Source of the DNA: Octopus sinensis
Lineage: Eukaryota
Direction: 5' to 3'
Assembly: GCF_006345805.1 (NCBI RefSeq)
Contig: NC_043007.1
Coordinates: 73,594,001 to 73,658,000 of the forward strand
DNA: 64,000 bases
The notes below the pieces were generated by a model. The model was not told the DNA's origin and ran no database searches. It saw only the letters and a program-made list of their open reading frames with translations. Of the stretch, positions 1-13,550 are shown piece after piece. Each line of letters opens with the position of its first letter. Position 1 is the first letter of the stretch. Made by a program: the position numbers and the translations under genes.

Positions 1-469
1 TCCATGTCCTGTACTGGCATGGGTTGGATGGTTCGACAGGATTTGATGGGTCCAAGAACTGCATCACGCTCAAGTGCCTGTTTTGGCATGGTTTCTATGG
101 CTGAATGTCTTTCTTAATGTCAATCACTTTACAATGTGTACTGGGTGCACTTTTCATATCACTGGCACTAATGAGGTCACCATGCAGCTTGCAAGGCTAC
201 AAAACCCGAGGTGGGAGCAGAGAGAGCTTTATGCTAGAAGACAAGGGTTCAGGTATGAGAGAAGTGGGTGGGGCAGAAGAAGTTCTTGTATGAGCTACAC
301 GACTATTCACAAAGGAGTAAGGATCAATAGTAGATTGGGGAGATAAAGGTAAACTACAATTGTACCCCAATAAATATTTTTTTAAATTATAAAAAAGTTA
401 CAGTAATCTAATAAATATCAACATTTAGTATCTACAAATATTTAAGAAAATTATGGAAATGGAACTCAC

Positions 470-587
470 CCATAAAAGTGTCCACGGATAAAATCATGGA
501 TTTTATCTTTAAATCGGGCATGGAGGTTCTGAAATTCATGGATGGCACTGAATTTTTTGACATTTAATCCATTTGGTGTTATAACAT
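470..587 (-). CDS. GYS: Glycogen synthase, coding exon 6 (absent from ORF track); gene continues beyond the window start
   Basis: Hand translation: acceptor ttttgtag; (D)[38 protein letters not shown]+GG; donor GTGAGT; 118 nt. HEFQNLH lies in the glucose-6-phosphate-binding region of GT3 enzymes. Confidence 0.95.
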
Positions 588-3234
588 CTACAAAATAAAA
601 CAGCTTTATGAATACACTTACACACACAGAGGCAATCATACATGAGTTTTCTCTTTCTTTTTTTTTTTACTGCTGTGTGAAAGAAGCAAGAGCAGTGCTC
701 ATGGACCTTTCCAGTTTTTGTAAATGGTTGGAAGAAGTGTGGAAAGTTTTCCCTAGGCCAGACACTGTCCCAAATGCTTATAACAAAATGCAATCCATTA
801 AGTTATGCAAGAATTAGGTGTTAGTAAGCCCACTACTCAACTTTTCATCATTTCTTTCAATATAAACAAGAAACAAAGTTAATTCTTAACAAATCATCAT
901 CACCATCACTACTGTCACTGCCATCATCATCATCATTTTAACATCTACTTTTCCATGCTTGTAAGTGTCAGATGAGAATATGTTGGATGCTTTTCCTATT
1001 ACCAACCCACATATCAAACAACAAATAGCCCAAACATACACCTTTTGTTTACAAAGATTGTACAACATGCCAAGACACAACAAGAAGCTTGGATAGATCT
1101 TTGGTAGCAGATTGGAAGCCAATGACATTGTTAGGGAAACCATTGTTTGCAATCAGTGAATGAAATGTATGAGAAGATACAGGGGAAATATGAAATCACA
1201 AACACACACACACACACACATACCTCACACGTGATAGATTTCTTTCAGTTTCAATCCATCAAGTCCAAATCCATTCATAAGGCTTTGGTTGTTCTGGGGC
1301 TATAGCAGAAGACACTTGCTTAAGGTGTCATACAGTGGGACTGAACCCAAAACAATGTGATCTTAAACACACAGTCATATCTGTACCTCATATTTCACAA
1401 AAACTAAAACAAAACATTTTCACAAGGTAGAGAGAGGCTTACGGAGCAGAGCAGGTTGATTGTTAAGAGAAACCTGATCAATTAATGACACACCTCGTTA
1501 CAGAAATATCTCTTTATTTATTCTCATATATTTAACATCACAAAGCAAATTACTTTTTTCTTTATCTCTTATTTGTTTCAGTGACTGGACTGTGGCCATG
1601 CTGGGGCACTACTTTTAAGGGTTTAATTGAACAAACTGACTCCAGTACTTCCTTTTTTTTTTTAAAGTTTGGTACTTATTCTATTAGTTTCTTTTGCTGA
1701 ATTGCTGCTACAGGGATGTAAACAAACCAACACTGACAACAGCATGGGGGAGAACACACACACAGAGTTTCCATCTATCAAATTCACTCACAAGGCATTT
1801 GTTGGCCTGGGGCTATAATGGAAGACACTTGTCCAAGATGCTGTGCATTGTGACTGAACTCAAAACCATGAGGTTACAAAGTGAATTTTCTTAACTACAC
1901 AGCCATGCTTGTGCAAATATTTGAAAACATTTTTTTGTTTTTTTTCTTGATAGGTGCAGGCATGGCTGTGTGGTTAGGAAGCTTGTTTCTTAACCACAGG
2001 GTTTCAGGTTCAGACCCACAGTATGGAACCTGGGACAAATGCCTTTCACTGTTGCCTCAGGCCAACTGAAGCCTTGTGATTGAGTTTGTCATACGGAAGT
2101 TCCCGTCGTATGTATATGTGTGTGTAAAACTCTCATGCCTCGTTTAACAGAAGTGGGGAAAATACTACCTCACCTAGGAACAGGTGAGAGTTAGCCTCAT
2201 AGAAAACCTGTCACACAAATAGTAAATAATGAAGATGATGTTTTCCAAAATTTAGTTACAGTTTTCAGTTTTCTGCCATAACTTTTGTCTGATGTTCCCA
2301 TTTTGTTTCTACTTAGTCACTGTAATCTTCTAAATCTTATGAGCCAACAAAATTTCTTCACAGTAAGTTAAACAGGGGTATGGTAGACTTAGTTTCATTC
2401 ACTGACCCTTAAAGCATACTCAAATATCACATGACTATGATATTAAAGTACCGTGACAAAGATGTCAATTCAACCTTTTTAAGTGTACATTACTCTGCCT
2501 TGCTTTAAACTGATAAACAAAAAATAGTTACTGCTCCAATAAATTATATCAATATTCAATTACACATTCAATTCACACTAGCATGGAGAATATGAATATA
2601 AAAGAAAAACATAAAAGGTGAAAAAAATCCATTAAACGAAAGTCAATAGGTGGAGATGTAGTTGTGTGGTAAGAAGTTAGCTTCCCAACCACATGGTTTT
2701 GGGTTCAGTCCCATTGCATGGCACCTTGGGCAAGTATCTTTTAATATAGCTTCAGGCTGACCAAAGCCTCGCGCATGGATTTGGTAGATGAAAACTGAAA
2801 GAAGCCCATCGTATACATGTGTGAGTGGGTGTGTGTCCGTATGTCTGTTTTCCCCACCACCACATGACAACCAGTGTTGGTGTGTTTATGTTCCTGTAAC
2901 ATAGCAGTTCAGCAAAAGAGATTTGGCAGATGGAAACTGTGAAGAAGCCCATCATGTGTGTGTGTACATTGTCTCCGTCACTACTTGGCAACCATTGTCG
3001 ATTTGTTTATGTCCCTGTAACTTAACAGCTTGACAAAAGAGACTGATAGGGTAAGTACCAGACTTAAAAGAAATAAATACTGGAGTACTGGAGTTAATTT
3101 ATTCAACTAAACTCTTCAAGGTGGTGCTCCAGCATGGCCACAGTCCAATGATGAAACAAGTAAAAGATTATTATAAGCTGTTTATAGTTTCAAAGTTGAA
3201 AATATGATTAACATATTTAGAACAAATGTCTTAC

Positions 3235-3379
3235 CTGGTTTTCTTTTCAGTAAGTGCTCACTCTCTAAACCAGTAATCTCCGAGACAGTGGTAAACACAT
3301 GTGCGCAGTGTACAGCAGATCTTTCCATACAATAGCGATGATAAATTTGACGATCACCAGCTTCCTTGTCGACTTTGAA
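3235..3379 (-). CDS. GYS: Glycogen synthase, coding exon 5 (absent from ORF track)
   Basis: Hand translation: acceptor cccacag; [48 protein letters not shown]+G; donor GTAAGA; 145 nt. Confidence 0.95.
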
Positions 3380-4435
3380 CTGTGGGAGTTAATTACAGCA
3401 ATTACATTTGAAATATATTTTTTCAAGGCTTGAATTCAATGATTTTGATTTAAGATTATTTAAACTTTTAAATGCAGTGTAATATAACCAAGAAGTAAGA
3501 TATCAAACAACTATTAAAACTATCAAAAGTAAAATAGCTATCTATGCATTATATTTAATGTATGATAGGCTAGTTACTATAATATCTGTCTTGAGAAAAC
3601 ATCTCTTATGGACATACTAATTTAATACTGTGTCTCAATTGCAAACACTGGACTTTTATTCAGCTGGGCAGCTATTTGCAACATCAGTGAATGTTTCATT
3701 CCCTGTTCCCCATATTAGAGGTGATGAATTCTCATATACAGACAAGTGGCTGGCTGTAAATACATGACATTGAAAAGGCCCAAAAATGCTGAACTACATC
3801 TGGCATTCTCACTGGCTACTGCTAAGATGAATTCCTGCCTATCTCTGACATTTATAGTGTTCTTAACACAGCACATCCATTAAAGATGTTATCGCAGAAC
3901 AAATATTGCGGTAACTGGCCTATCAATGGCATATATATTAAATATGATACATAGATGACTATTTTAATCAAATGCTGCCCCAATTGCATATATCATATTT
4001 TTATCAAAAACAGAACATTTCCCATAGGACAGTGGTGTAATTAGAAAATTCATTTAACATCAAAGAGATAGAAATCTTGCAAAAATTATAAAATATCTTT
4101 GATAATAAAGAAGATAATTTGTTTGCTAAATCAGAGGTTAAATGCAAGTGGTAGCTTTTAATTTATTCAAAGAATTTGGTGGAAACAATAAAAAAAAAAA
4201 AATAACATTTCAAAATATTAAGGAATGAAGTTGACAATATTTATATTTTAGATCTTGTTTCAACCTAGGCTTCACCATTACACACTTCTTAAGACTCTAG
4301 TGGTTTAAATTACAGTCACTGTCTCCAACAAATCTTACAAGAAAGAGTTTAAAAAACACAAATGACAGTTGAATAAAACATTAAAAAAAAAACCTAACAA
4401 CAATTGTAAATTAAGGCTCATAAAGTTATACTCAC

Positions 4436-4630
4436 AGTTTGTAAATTGTTATAAAAATCAGCTTTAGCAGCACAAAGGTAGCGTCCCAACAAAGTTGCAT
4501 GTGTTGTGAAAATAGTTGTACAATCAACTAAACGTGTGCGGCAAAATATGAGACCAACACCAGCTAACCACTCATGAAAGTGAGCAATAACCATTGGTTT
4601 GCATGGTACATGGGGTAAGTTTTTGCAAAA
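4436..4630 (-). CDS. GYS: Glycogen synthase, coding exon 4
   Basis: Acceptor ttcttttcag; [65 protein letters not shown] (AHFHEW and [13 protein letters not shown] signatures); donor GTGAGT; 195 nt. Confidence 0.96.
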
Positions 4631-5839
4631 CTGAAAAGAAAAAATGCACTTATTTAGAACTACAGCCACTGTTATATTATCAACATGACATTTTTCTTCA
4701 TACCATCATCACCGCACCTGCCGCCACCACCATCATCATTAATGTCTAGTTTCCCATGCTTGCAAGTGTCAGACAGAATTTGTTGAAGAAGATTTTTCTG
4801 CAGCCAGATGCCCTTCCTGCCACCAACCCTCACTGTTTCCAAGCAGGGTAATATTTCTGTGCCAGATATATTTTTCGTGGAAGAATGGAAACAATTAACC
4901 TTGTTTGTATGACATTGATATTTATTTACAACCATCAAGAGAAGGGTACATACAAGCACAAGCTGGTATGTTCAGTTGCCAGCCCAGGTTTCACTGCACA
5001 TCAGGCCAAAGATGGCAAACCGTCAAAATACCTGTTTCTTTCTGATAAGTTTGTGGTCAAGCCTGTGGCAGGAGAGACCTTCGGTGTTCTTGGCTCTTGG
5101 ATAACATCCCTACTCACTGTTATCAAGACAGAGATGGTTATCTGCAAGTACAAGTCCTGTGAATCAGGGTGGCTGTTCCAGAGTGTCTCCCTTGCCATCC
5201 TCTGGAGTGGCACCTTCTCCGTTCTCTTTGCCAGGACCATGGAGCAGACTGACCTTTAAATTTAAACATACCTACTTATATGCACTCACAAACATGCACA
5301 CATACAAAAAATGTTTTAAAGTATTGGCTTAAATGAGAAAGAAGCTTAATATGTATTGAATGATAGACACAGGTGTGACTGTGTGGTAAGAAACTTGCTT
5401 CCTAACCACATGGTTCAGGGTTCAATCCCACTGTGTGGCACCTTGGGCAAGTGTATTCTACTACAGCCTTGGAGCAAATAAAGCCTTGTGAGTGGATCTG
5501 GTAGACAGAAACTGAAAGAAGCTTGTCATATATATGCATACATATATATATATGTCCAAGCATGTGTGTTTGTGTCTATGTTTGCACCCTCACCCCCTGA
5601 CAACCAGTACTGGTGTGTTTACATCCCAGTAACTTAGTGGTTCAATATAAGGGATAGATAAAATAAGTATCAGGTTTTAAAAAAATTAAGTACTGGGGTT
5701 GATACATTCAACTAAAAATTCTTCAAGGCGGTGCCCTAGCAAATAAAAGATAAAATACATTTTGTTCTATCTTAGGCAGGTCATGATGCCAATAATAAAC
5801 ATACACTCTTGTTCTATTTCACTTCTTTATTATTTGTCA

Positions 5840-6290
5840 GTTGGTTAAATATGTAACTATTACTGTGAAAAATACTGGACACTAAAAATTCACATTATAC
5901 AATAGTGTTAGCATTTTCTATCTGTACAGATGGAACAAAATTACCATCAGTGTGAAATTTTAGAAAACAATGCCCAAAGGACATTTATTTAGTGCTGTCT
6001 ACTTTTACATACATGAAAAGAATTGCTATATGAGGGCAGACTACAACCTTGGTTTGAAAAATTTATTATGAAAAACTTTCACTCCTTGTCTGGGATTACT
6101 TTAGAGTTCATATAACAGAAAAATACAAAAGAAGGCTGAAGAGGTAAAAATGCAACTGGCTTTTATACTCAATGGTTTAACAAGTCCACTGCAACCTCTT
6201 AATGTTTCTGTGAACAAACCCTTTAAGACTTTAATAAGAGAGGAATGGAACAACTCCAAGAAAAGAGTAACATTTGCTCAGGTGAGCAGG
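5840..6290 (+). mobile_element. pogo/Tigger-type DDE transposase remnant
   Basis: Fragments VKNTGH, CTDGTKLP, SLLVWDYF, NGLTSPLQPLNVSVNKPFKTLIREEW (compare GLTxxLQPLDVSVNKPFK). Confidence 0.75.
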
Positions 6291-8148
6291 CAGGGGAAGA
6301 ATTTGTGGTGATAAATAAGAAGTGTTACCCTATTTCCTGTCTTTACTTCCACTCCTCTGTAGTGATTATTATCTGTGTTCAACTCATTCCCTGTCTTTAA
6401 ACATCCGTCACACTATTCTCAGTGCACTTACATACACATCAACCTCTTCTGCTCTTCTCTCCTATTTAGTCTTTCATATTTACTTTGTACCTTGACCTCA
6501 TTTCTCTCTTCGCTCTTTCCAGATGAGCAAGCCACATATTCATCTCTTCAGCAAGACACTTGCTCCTGTCCCTCTATCCTAGTTTCCTTATCCCACAATT
6601 CTATACCTCACCCAGTTGAGGAGTCTTGTCTTGTAGGTACTTTGTGACTTCATTAGTGCTGGGACCTTGTAAAAAGCACTCAATACACTCTGTCAAGTGG
6701 TTGCTGTTAGGAAGGGCATTCAGTTATAGAAACCATGTCTAAACAGACATAAGAACTTGGTGCAGTGCTCTGGCTTGTCTGTTCACGTTGAACCATCAAA
6801 CCCATGTCAGCATGGAAGAAGGGGTGTTAAATGATGATGATGATAAAAGTCATGCAGTGAGCAGGAGAAAATAATATAATTAAGATACAAAGATATGTAG
6901 TCAATCTTTAAACCTGATCAACTAAGTTAAAATGTCAGTGTTTAGTTGTAATATAGATTGTATTTTTATTGATTTAGCATTTACATGAGATTGCTGTAAA
7001 GACAGCATTAGTCAGAGCCAACTTCTAAGTCATATGGAAGGTCATAAGGAAATAAAAAGTAAGAAATCTACATAGAAACCAATATTTACTTATTTATTCA
7101 AACTGATACTTAAAGCTTTTTGCAATATATTTAGTCATCTAAGTTTTATGTTGCTAAAATTTTCAGCTGAATCATTGATTCAGCACCCATGAAAAATTTG
7201 CAATGACAGTTTTTAAAAAAATCTATAATTGCAGCTGTTAAAAATAATCAAGATAGCAGATTAAATAATCGATTACCCAACAACATTAAATATTTTTTTC
7301 CAAAACTCTTTTTATTTTTTGAGTAAAAGAATTAATGCTATTTAGGCATGAAAATGAAAATACATAAAAAAGAAAACCCAACAAAACAACTTTAAAAAAA
7401 TACTTTGATTAAAAATATTCTGACAAAACAATAACTACACTTGAGACATTTGACAAATACAAGATCAGGAACCATGTACCATTATAAAATTTAAACACCA
7501 AAGCAAAGTTATAATCTTTGTCCATGAATAATCAGTTATGTGATCTATTATGATTTACATTCAACTAAACTTATTGGTTATTTTTATTTTCAACAGTTGA
7601 GGAGAAATTGTTTTCATATATTTCATTTTTATATCTGGCTTGCAAGATTCTTGATGTGAATTTCTGTGTTGAAACATATTTTGCTGTATCTTGGCAGGGT
7701 CATTATGCCAATAATAAACACATGCACTGGTTGTATTTCACTTTATTAGTCATTAATTGGTTAAGAGGGCATGTTATTGAAGAGGTCTCAAATAGCAACA
7801 AAATGACTTTGACATACATGACTGATTAATCAAATGATTCTTCAAATAATTGATTAGTTGTTTGGTTAGATGGTTAACCAATTGACTAATAATAACAAAA
7901 TAGTGAAATAGAATCAGTGTGTGCCTATCATTAATAGATACAACATAACAAATTCAAATGGAATGATTCTGCCTTAGGTTCAGCCAGAAAATCAATAAAG
8001 ATGTAATATAGTTTCAACAAAATGTACAAATCAGAAATAGTTATTTTCAGTTTTAATAAAGAATGCATATGTCATGTTATTTATGGAAATTTATGTTAAA
8101 GATAAAAACAATGATGATGATGATGATAAAGGTGTAAGTTTTACTTAC

Positions 8149-8340
8149 TTCAGCAATAAACCATGCAACAAGGGCACCAAATATAACAGCATCGTTAGCT
8201 TCACGATCATGCCAAGGGATTCCAATGCCAGCTAACTTCCAAAGTTCTTGTTTGAAAGCATCCAATTTCCAGGCAGCAGAGCTAATATCAAATAAGACTA
8301 CTTTTGGATAACCTTCTATTAGCCATCTTCCAAAATATAC
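8149..8340 (-). CDS. GYS: Glycogen synthase, coding exon 3
   Basis: Acceptor tatttag; [64 protein letters not shown]; donor GTAAGT; 192 nt. Confidence 0.95.
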
Positions 8341-8484
8341 CTAAATATAATTTTTAAAAATTAGTATAAAGAAATAAGTATGGCAAAAACATTTATAAAT
8401 TCAATGAAAAACAAGGGAACTTGGGAGGAAGCAAGAGCTTTTCTTAAATTTAATCACAGAAACCAAAAGTAATTTCCATTAATC

Positions 8485-9900
8485 ATACTATAATAGGTGT
8501 TATGTCCATCTGTCTGTCTGTTCCCTTTTCACGGTCAAACAGCTGAACCAATGGTCATAATGTTTTTCGGGATTATGAAGGAGGTAACCAGGAAGGTTTT
8601 TAGTGAAAAAAAATGTGAAAAAGTATGATTATTTAGTGGGTATTGTTCAGTTTATGGGCGTAAAAAAAGTAAATAAAAATCAAGGGGGAGATAACTTACT
8701 TTTAATCATACTGCATACACAGCTGTTACAGCATCCAAACAGTGAACAAATATTTTATTCTTCTCCACTGAATTATGCCATATAAATTTGTACAAATATG
8801 AAACAAAGCCTCTGAAGTACTGAATTGATGGCGTAATTTGCATTTAACACACATCCTCATGTTTCCGATATTTTCTTTATGTACAATCATCTTGTGAGTG
8901 TATGCGCCACCATTTAAAATTCCAATATTATGGTATAATCAACAGCCATCATGTACTATGTGACTCCTTGGCAGAATCCATCATTGAATTAATGCTGTCA
9001 AAGTCTGCTCAGAACAATTAGGTACTTCCACTAAGAAACATTTCTTAGAAACTCTCTCTATTCAGCTGAAGACCCACTCCCACTTAATTTCAATTTACTT
9101 TTTTTTTATGCTTGTAAACTGAACAATTACCAATATTAAGGTTTGGATTAATAAATCACTTTTGATATGTTTTGTTAAAATTCAGGCAACGTGGATTAAC
9201 TTTGGATTTACCTCCACCCCCGTATAGTTCATGAGTTTATAGGGTTAGATTTGCGATACTATCCCTTTATTTCCCATCGTCAATGGGCAGATTCCTAAAG
9301 AATCTGCTCGCACATTCACAGCAAACAAGGCACAGGGCCAGACTTTAGATTGTGGATGTGTATCTTTACCCACTCCAATGTTTACACATGGCCAGTTATA
9401 TGTTGCTATGAGTAGAGCAATGGACTCCAGTAATTTGAAAATTAGTGTTGACCAAATAGAAAGTATCATCTACAAAGAAGATTTGTAATCATATTGATGT
9501 TATCGAAAGGAATATGATTCATAATTTAAGTAGGGAAATTTGTGAATTTTCAAGTATAAAATAGTGTGACCAACTAAAATAAAAGTATATCTAAATAACA
9601 TTTTTTCTTAATACTTTTTATGTATTGGTCAAAGGAAGCTCTGGCTTTCGTTAGGAGTGGTCTACATAACCATTCATGATACATGATACATAACCATTCA
9701 TACATGATACATGATTGAATCGTTATCACATGTCATTTAGACACAAACCTGTCATATAGCTGCAATAAAATGCTGTGTCACCAACAGTAATGTGATTTCT
9801 CTCAGACATCACCCAGTAATCTATCAAGTCCATTTACACATTTCTCAATGCATACAGCTGTTATGACTTCCCTCCCTCATAGATGGGTAGATTTGCTAGT
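8485..9900 (+). mobile_element. Helitron-type remnant with Pif1 helicase fragment
   Basis: About 9315-9445 translates FTANKAQGQTLDCGCVSLPTPMFTHGQLYVAMSRA (Pif1 motifs V and VI). Candidate 3' end ...GCTAG|T at about 9899. Boundaries approximate. Confidence 0.65.
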
Positions 9901-10963
9901 ATAAACAATTGTTATATAAATTAAATTGAAAGATCACTTGTCATAAGTAGGGTCTCTAATTTGTGTCTCCAAAATATTTCTTGCATTGAACTCTTGTACT
10001 GTGATTGGGTACTCTGTCAGTTATAGCAATAAGTGTTCCAGTTGAGTCAATCAATGGAACAGAATGCTTATGATATTAATGTGCAAATAGCTGAACACTG
10101 CATAGACATGCACAATCTTAATATAGTTTTCAAGAAGATTCAGCACAACACTGAATGTGACAAGGCTGGCTCTTTGAAATACATGTACAACTCATTTTTG
10201 CCAGCTGAGTGAACTGGAGTAGTGTGAAATAAAGTATCTTGCTCAAGGATACAACATACTTCCTTGCACTGTATTCACAACTAATTTTACTAATTGTTAC
10301 TCCTTAAAAGTTCAAATAAACTAACATTTTGAAATGAAATGCAACATTTGATTCTTTTTTTAAATAGAATGGTTATAATAGTTCTACTCAATATCCACTA
10401 CTGATACCGAAAAAAGAAAGCAACAACAACTGTATTGAACTATGGTGATTATTTAGTAAAGTTACCACAAGCATCATTGCTGTGTAAGACACAGAAAAAT
10501 TTAATATGTAGTTACTGTATTTAATGGCATAAAAGACACATGGGCATGTTAGATGCAAGCTAATTTCAGCAGTGAATATTCAGCAAAAAGAAAAGTTTTT
10601 AGCATATTAGAACATGTAATATAGGCCCAACTTTACATATAGGACCAGAGGTGATTATTTTTGAGGCATTTTTTGAAAAAAAAAAGAGTGTTTTAAATGC
10701 CATCAAATATAATAGGCTTAATGACATTCGATCTACTACAAAAGATTAAATACTATAAAACCACTCTAACTGTTGAACACAATGTTCTCAGTCATAGTCT
10801 AGGGACATTGATTTTAAAGATATTTAAGAAATTCTATATTATTTTTTTACTTCAGGAAAAAGAAAGAAATCAAAAGCAAAACATCAGAAGTTGTGTTTAA
10901 AAAATAAATTTTTCAGTTAAATCTAGTTTAGAAGTTTTGGTGACTTGGTAAAATGACATTTAC

Positions 10964-11145
10964 CCGGATTCCTTGATCTTCCATTGATTTGATGACATCT
11001 CTGTAAACATAGTATTGAGGTTCCAAAATTTCAACCTCAGTGCGGACACATTCTTCATTATAAGGGCCCAACAAACAATACTGTTCTCCAAGTTCTTCAA
11101 CAGTTACAGGAGTTTTTGACTTGATTACTGTATAAATTCCACCAA
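10964..11145 (-). CDS. GYS: Glycogen synthase, coding exon 2
   Basis: Acceptor ttttcag; (V)GGIYTVIKSKTPVTVEELGEQYCLLGPYNEECVRTEVEILEPQYYVYRDVIKSMEDQGIR; donor GTAAAT; 182 nt, restores phase 0. Confidence 0.95.
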
Positions 11146-13149
11146 CTGAAAAATAAAACATTGTAATATAAGATCATTTTATATCTAATTCTTTTTTAAA
11201 ATAGAAACTCAGAGAGATAGGCAATGACTTGTTTTAATGGCAGAACTCCAAGTAGGTAAAGTTATAAATAATAGCACGCAGAATCATCATCCTCATTTAA
11301 CAACCATTTTCCATTCTGGCATGGATTGGACAGTTTGACAAGAGATGACTAGCCAGAGGACTGTGCCAAGCTCTTCTGTCTGCTTTGGCATGGTTTCTAT
11401 GATTGGATACCCTTCCTAACATGCCAACCATTTTACAGAGTGTACTGAGTGCTTTTCACATGGCACCAACATCAGTGAGGTCATCAAACATTATGTGAGA
11501 CAAAGATAAAGACCTCTCAACTGAGGGAGGAGTAGCACTGAGAGAGATAGCTTGCGTCAGGTGATGAGAGGTTAATGTATGATAAAGAGACAGAATACTG
11601 GTTTCAAATTTTGGCACCAGGCCAGTGATTTTGGGGAAGTGGGTTAGGTCGATTACATAGAGTCCAGTGCTTAACCAGTACATGTTTAATCATCTCCAAA
11701 AGGATGAAAGGTAAAACCAACTTTGGCAGGACTTGAACTCAGAATGTGAAAATGGATGAAATGCTGCTAAGCATTTTGCCTGACATACCAACATTTCTGT
11801 TAGTTCACTGCCTTAAAAATTACTGAGTTAAAAAACCCTTGGATAGAAATAAGTTGAAGGTTGTTTTTTTTAAACTTAATTTTCTATATGTTATTATTTA
11901 TAGCTTTAACTATTTTGAGCTCTGCAATGATGATGATGATGAAGAACAGCAAATTAAAATATCAGCATAAAGAGGTAAAAATAGAAGGGTCATAAACATT
12001 TTACAGACTATTTACAATTGCGTTCTTTATTTTAAACAGTAAATTCTGACTATTAAGTCAAATTGCTAGTTTCCAAATACAATTCAAGGATTGAATCTAA
12101 TATTAATCTAAAACATTACCTCAGTCAGCTAGTTTATAATACAGTATATTTATTAATCAATTATTTGGTAGGAAAGCATAATGACTTTTTTGGGGTGGGA
12201 GCAAGGAGAGATGATTAAGTCCACACAGTTATATTGTACTTAGGCCTACTACTACTAACTCTGCTGTAGGAATACTAGTTAAGCAGTCTGTCAAACTTTT
12301 TCATAATTAGAAGTTATTTTCCTCACCATATTATTACATAAAGGAAGTTATCTATAAAATATTTAAAATGCAACATTTAAGTGTGCTCTTGGCAGTTAGA
12401 TAATTAACAACAGTAGCAGAAATATAAAAAATAAAATAGAAAATGTGTAAAATTGGAAATATAATCTCAACACTGAGTAAAAAATAATAAATTTTCTTAA
12501 AACGAAAGCAGTCATTGATCATAATAAATTATCAGGTAAGATTAATAATTATCATCAGGTTATTTAGTTTACCTTTCTTTCTTTCATGTCATTTTACTTT
12601 CCTAAAGTAGATATAATAAATTGTTGTTGGTTATGTATTTTTGGGGTGTGATTTTAGATTTTGATTACATCACATATATAAACATGAATGGTCATTGTCA
12701 TATCTTTGAGTGTGGATAAAACTCGAATGAATTAGATGTAGAACTCATTAAAAATAACAATATGCAAAAAAAAAATGCAAAGAAGAAAACAAACATCAAC
12801 AGTTTAACTATGAGTGTATCTGCAAAGTTTCAAAATACATATGACTCGGAAAGAAATTTTTTTAAAAAACATCATACCCTACAGCATTTAAACTGGCCAT
12901 ATCTGGCTCAAATATTCTACCTGTTTTATGTTCGAACTGACCAGATCTGGTTCCTCACAACTACTATACAATGTCATACTAAAAATAAACAGTTACATTG
13001 AAATCTCGAGACTACAAGATTAATTCAAAATAATGTGAATAAATAAGTATTACATTTGATAGAGTAATCTGAATGCTAAAGGGTCAATGGAATACTTGAC
13101 ACTACTATTAATTTTTTTTTTGTTTTTTTCTTATCAGAGAGATTCTAAC

Positions 13150-13550
13150 TGTAACAAAGTCTCAGTAAACAGATGAAGATTTTTAAATAATATCAAAGAT
13201 TTGCCAGATAAAAATAAACTAAGATTAGCATGTCTAGAGCTGGAAGATAAGTTAAGGTGTCATGAAAATAGTGACATTAACAAAGGTGATCACTTAGAGG
13301 AAGTAGATATAAAGGATTTATTTCCTGCAGATGAAAAGCTTCTGAGAGGGGCTGTAAGGTTCATAAACAGTAATAAGTTACAAGATACCATGCTAAAATC
13401 TCTGACTGGCCATTAAGAATAATGCTTACAGTGTGGCTACAGGAGAGGGAAGCTTTAGTAAACTAAAGCATATAAAGAGATATTTATGGCTGTCCACAAC
13501 AGAAGATATTAAATTATTTGATGATTTTGTCAACAGAAAAACAAATGCAC
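13150..13550 (+). mobile_element. hAT transposase C-terminal (dimerization domain) remnant
   Basis: LRLACLELEDKL...SDINKGD..., then with frameshifts LRIMLT/ATGEGSFSKLKHIKRYL...LNYLMILSTEK, matching hAT ERSFSKLKLIKxYLR. Confidence 0.75.

Noticed and set aside
4885-5259. 124-aa plus ORF and overlapping 79-aa minus ORF in GYS intron 3
   Set aside because: Begins inside a repeat 3' end, has no recognisable domain, and is not needed for the continuous GYS reading frame.
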